Assembly (NCBI GenBank): GCA_963664875.1
Contig: OY761611.1
Span: 3,488,001-3,552,000, forward strand
Length of the DNA: 64,000 nucleotides
Direction of reading: 5' to 3'
Origin: Candidatus Kapaibacterium sp.
GTDB taxonomy: Bacteria; Bacteroidota; Ignavibacteria; Kapaibacteriales; UBA2268
Of the stretch, positions 61,295 through 64,000 are shown one piece after another. Made by a program: the position numbers and the translations under genes. Numbering within the stretch: the stretch's first letter is position 1; each line of letters starts with the position of its first letter. Below the pieces are notes generated by a model that ran no database searches, was not told where the DNA came from, and saw only the letters and a program-made list of their open reading frames with translations.

Positions 61295-63994
61295 ATGTCT
61301 CAGATAGGGATTGCTATATCATATATTCAAGGAAAAGTACTCTTGCCTGCTACTCGCTCTATAAAAATTGCACTAATGTGCTTTTTGCTATCTCTGATGC
61401 CTTCGGTGGTTTTTAGCTCGGAAGCTGTCGAAGGTGTCTTTTCTTTCAAATACGTCAACTTCGAACGAGATTTGATTGTATTTATCGATGAAGAATCTGT
61501 TTACTTTCCGATGTTCGAAGTTTTCGATTTCCTACGAATTTACAAAGAGTACAATCAGGACACAAAAACACTCACAGGATATGTCAGCACCAAAGATAAA
61601 AGCTATTCTATGGATTTCAATAGCCTCGAATTTGAAAATATCAAAAGTGAAGCATATACCATCTCAAAAGACAGCCTAATCCTTACAGAACTCGATATGT
61701 ATATCTCATCCGCAGAACTCGCTAAAATGCTCGGAGCAGAGATATATGTAAGCAAACTTGGTCTGGTCGGGCTATTGAAATCCGAATATGATATGCCGCT
61801 ATTGGAAGAATACAACCTACGATACAACAAACTCAAACTCAGAGAGATGCAGGGCGAAGAAACTTTCGCACCGCTAATGTTTGGCAGAGAGTGGAAAGTA
61901 CTCGACGGGGGAGTGCTAAATTATGGAATCAATACCAATACTAATAGGCAATCTACTGCAATAGGGCTAAACACAAACCTTGGGATGCAGCTGATGGGCG
62001 GCGAATTTACAGTCAATAGCTACTATAACTACAACACTTTCAGCAAAGCCGAATACCAAAATCTTCGCTACAACTGGCAGTTCCCTTTCAATAAAAACAA
62101 ATACCTAAATTCTCTACGTGTAGGTAATGTGTCCGGTAACTCTCTTAACTTCGGTTCGTCCGGTTCCAGTATTCGCAATAAATACTCCAATCTGCAGGGG
62201 GTTTCAATCTCAAACAGAGATATGGAAAATCGCAAAGTTTTTGATGATTTTTTGTTTGAAGACATCACCGAGCCATATAGCTTAATAGAAGTATATGTAA
62301 ATGACAGACTTATCAAACAGTTTCGCTGCGACGAAAACGGGCGATATAGTTTTGCATTGCCACTAAGCTACGGAGCCTCCGAAGTAGAAACTAAAATTTA
62401 CAGTCCATCAGGACAAAGAGACTACAAAAAAGAAACAATAAACATTCCGGGTATGATGCTCCAGCCGGGTGAAGTCAGATACACAGTTACCGGTGGCAGA
62501 GACATCAACTACGAGCAGTACGTGCTTGACGGCATAGTAGAAACAGGGGTTACAGATTGGCTGAGCAGCTCTATCAGTAATGTTTACAACATAGACCAAA
62601 AAGATAATGTACTTGTAAATAACAACACTATCCGCCTAATCGGAGGGGCTTATGCCAGCGTAGCATACTCGCATGACAATTTTTATCGTGGTATGTTGGC
62701 TTATGCAAACTCAGAAATTGGCCATTACGAACTTTCGTATATGAAATACAACACCGGCTCAGGTTTTGATAACTATTCGAGGCAGGCAGAGTACCAGCTC
62801 AACGTCAATCTCCCAAGGATACCCTACATACCTTTTAGTCTCCGCCTGAGAGCCGATGTGGATCAGTACAAAGACCGCCTAATGGGCAACTATTCCGTAA
62901 ATTCATACGGAAATATCGGTCCTTTTCGTCTCAATAGCTCTTACAGACTTTCGCAAACAATCAACGATAATTTGCCGAATCTATATAAGCAGGATTTGAA
63001 CACCGGTATATCCTACTATCTCCAACTACCATTTCTAAAGGACTCCAAGGCTCTCGGCAGGACAAGTATATCTGCCAACGTAAGCTATGACATTAGCAAC
63101 AATCAGTTTACCAACCTAAACGCTTCCATGTCACAAAGTTTATTCAAGATACTATCCCTAAGTGCAAATTACAGAAATAGCCTTGTCAGTAATTATTCCA
63201 GCTTTAATATCAATCTAAGTCTGAATATGGATTTTGCAAGATTCAGCAGCCGGGCAGAGCTAAATGAATCCTCTAAAAGCATAAATAACAGTTTGGATGG
63301 TGCATTAGGCTTTGACACAGACAGATTTAACGTTTTCCCGAGCAAACGCCTAAGCTATAGCGGCAATTCGGGAGTGGCAACCATCAAATGTTTCATAGAC
63401 AGCAATGGCAATCTTAGCTACGACGAAGACGAAGAAGTGCTGACGGGCGTGCCTATCAGAGTGCCCCGTGCATCAGTATTGGGAGACAAAGACGCAGAAT
63501 ACAAAACTATATCCAATTTGCGTCCCGGCTATCAATATAATGTGATAATCAGCAAAGAAGGCATGAAAAACCCGCTGCTCAGACCGCTTTGGGAGGATTT
63601 CTCATTTATCGCTGATCCAAATACTTTCAAATCTATAGACATACCTTTTACTGTTACAGGTCTGATCGAAGGGCAGGTATTTACTCAGGATTCTTCCGGC
63701 AACCGAAACGGAAAATCAGGCTTAAAAATACATCTGATTCGAAAAGAAACAGGAGAAGACATATCTATTAACGTCTTTTCGGACGGCAGTTTTTACCATC
63801 TTGGTCTTTTCCCCGGATATTATGATGTTTTTGTGGACAAGGCTCAGCTCGGACTTCTCAAATTAAAAACAGAGCCACCGGCACAGGAACTCTACATAGG
63901 ATTCTCCGAAGATGGCGACATGAAATCCGGAATAGATTTCAAACTCATCCCTATAAATCAATCCGACGGCGTGGAATCGCCCAGCGCAGAGTAG
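61295..63994 (+). CDS. Usher-like outer-membrane protein
   Basis: VLNYGIN, IEVYVNDRLI..GRYSF..PLSYG, MLQPGE, many beta strands and C-terminal Ig-like domains (FIDSNGN, DGSFYH..PGYY). Confidence 0.7.
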   Translation: MSQIGIAISYIQGKVLLPATRSIKIALMCFLLSLMPSVVFSSEAVEGVFSFKYVNFERDLIVFIDEESVYFPMFEVFDFLRIYKEYNQDTKTLTGYVSTKDKSYSMDFNSLEFENIKSEAYTISKDSLILTELDMYISSAELAKMLGAEIYVSKLGLVGLLKSEYDMPLLEEYNLRYNKLKLREMQGEETFAPLMFGREWKVLDGGVLNYGINTNTNRQSTAIGLNTNLGMQLMGGEFTVNSYYNYNTFSKAEYQNLRYNWQFPFNKNKYLNSLRVGNVSGNSLNFGSSGSSIRNKYSNLQGVSISNRDMENRKVFDDFLFEDITEPYSLIEVYVNDRLIKQFRCDENGRYSFALPLSYGASEVETKIYSPSGQRDYKKETINIPGMMLQPGEVRYTVTGGRDINYEQYVLDGIVETGVTDWLSSSISNVYNIDQKDNVLVNNNTIRLIGGAYASVAYSHDNFYRGMLAYANSEIGHYELSYMKYNTGSGFDNYSRQAEYQLNVNLPRIPYIPFSLRLRADVDQYKDRLMGNYSVNSYGNIGPFRLNSSYRLSQTINDNLPNLYKQDLNTGISYYLQLPFLKDSKALGRTSISANVSYDISNNQFTNLNASMSQSLFKILSLSANYRNSLVSNYSSFNINLSLNMDFARFSSRAELNESSKSINNSLDGALGFDTDRFNVFPSKRLSYSGNSGVATIKCFIDSNGNLSYDEDEEVLTGVPIRVPRASVLGDKDAEYKTISNLRPGYQYNVIISKEGMKNPLLRPLWEDFSFIADPNTFKSIDIPFTVTGLIEGQVFTQDSSGNRNGKSGLKIHLIRKETGEDISINVFSDGSFYHLGLFPGYYDVFVDKAQLGLLKLKTEPPAQELYIGFSEDGDMKSGIDFKLIPINQSDGVESPSAE

Positions 63995-64000
63995 ATTAAT

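Noticed and set aside
1681-62599. Numerous short ORFs nested in or antisense to long genes
   Set aside because: No motifs or RBS; expected by chance opposite real coding sequence.

Overview
AT-rich bacterial DNA, probably from the Bacteroidota/Ignavibacteria/Kapabacteria lineage given the many T9SS C-terminal-domain proteins. The left chromosomal flank (1-~9.07 kb) carries the gcvPB 3' end, a GNAT, recQ, two LytS-type kinases with a LytTR regulator, an outer-membrane protein, a hydrolase and a GIY-YIG gene. The right flank (~56.9-64 kb) carries an HDAC-family gene and a three-pilin/chaperone/usher-like cluster. Between them lies a ~48 kb island made of two related integrative elements in tandem: A (~9069-33755) and B (~33756-56924). 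Each ends in a near-identical tyrosine integrase. The ends share a CATGACGG core, TAGTATGG left ends and paired (A/G)CTAAC arm-type repeats. Each element carries an HTH excisionase-like gene, a variable cassette that starts with a type IIG restriction-modification (RM) gene, and an Rhs polymorphic toxin with an immunity lipoprotein and T9SS proteins. Element A has a primase-helicase, a candidate origin and a crippled integrase. Element B has the intact integrase and the most interesting locus, a tightly coupled operon of type IIG RM, an AbiP2-like reverse transcriptase and a stand-alone HEPN-motif protein. All family calls come from reading motifs by eye and have not been checked by database search.
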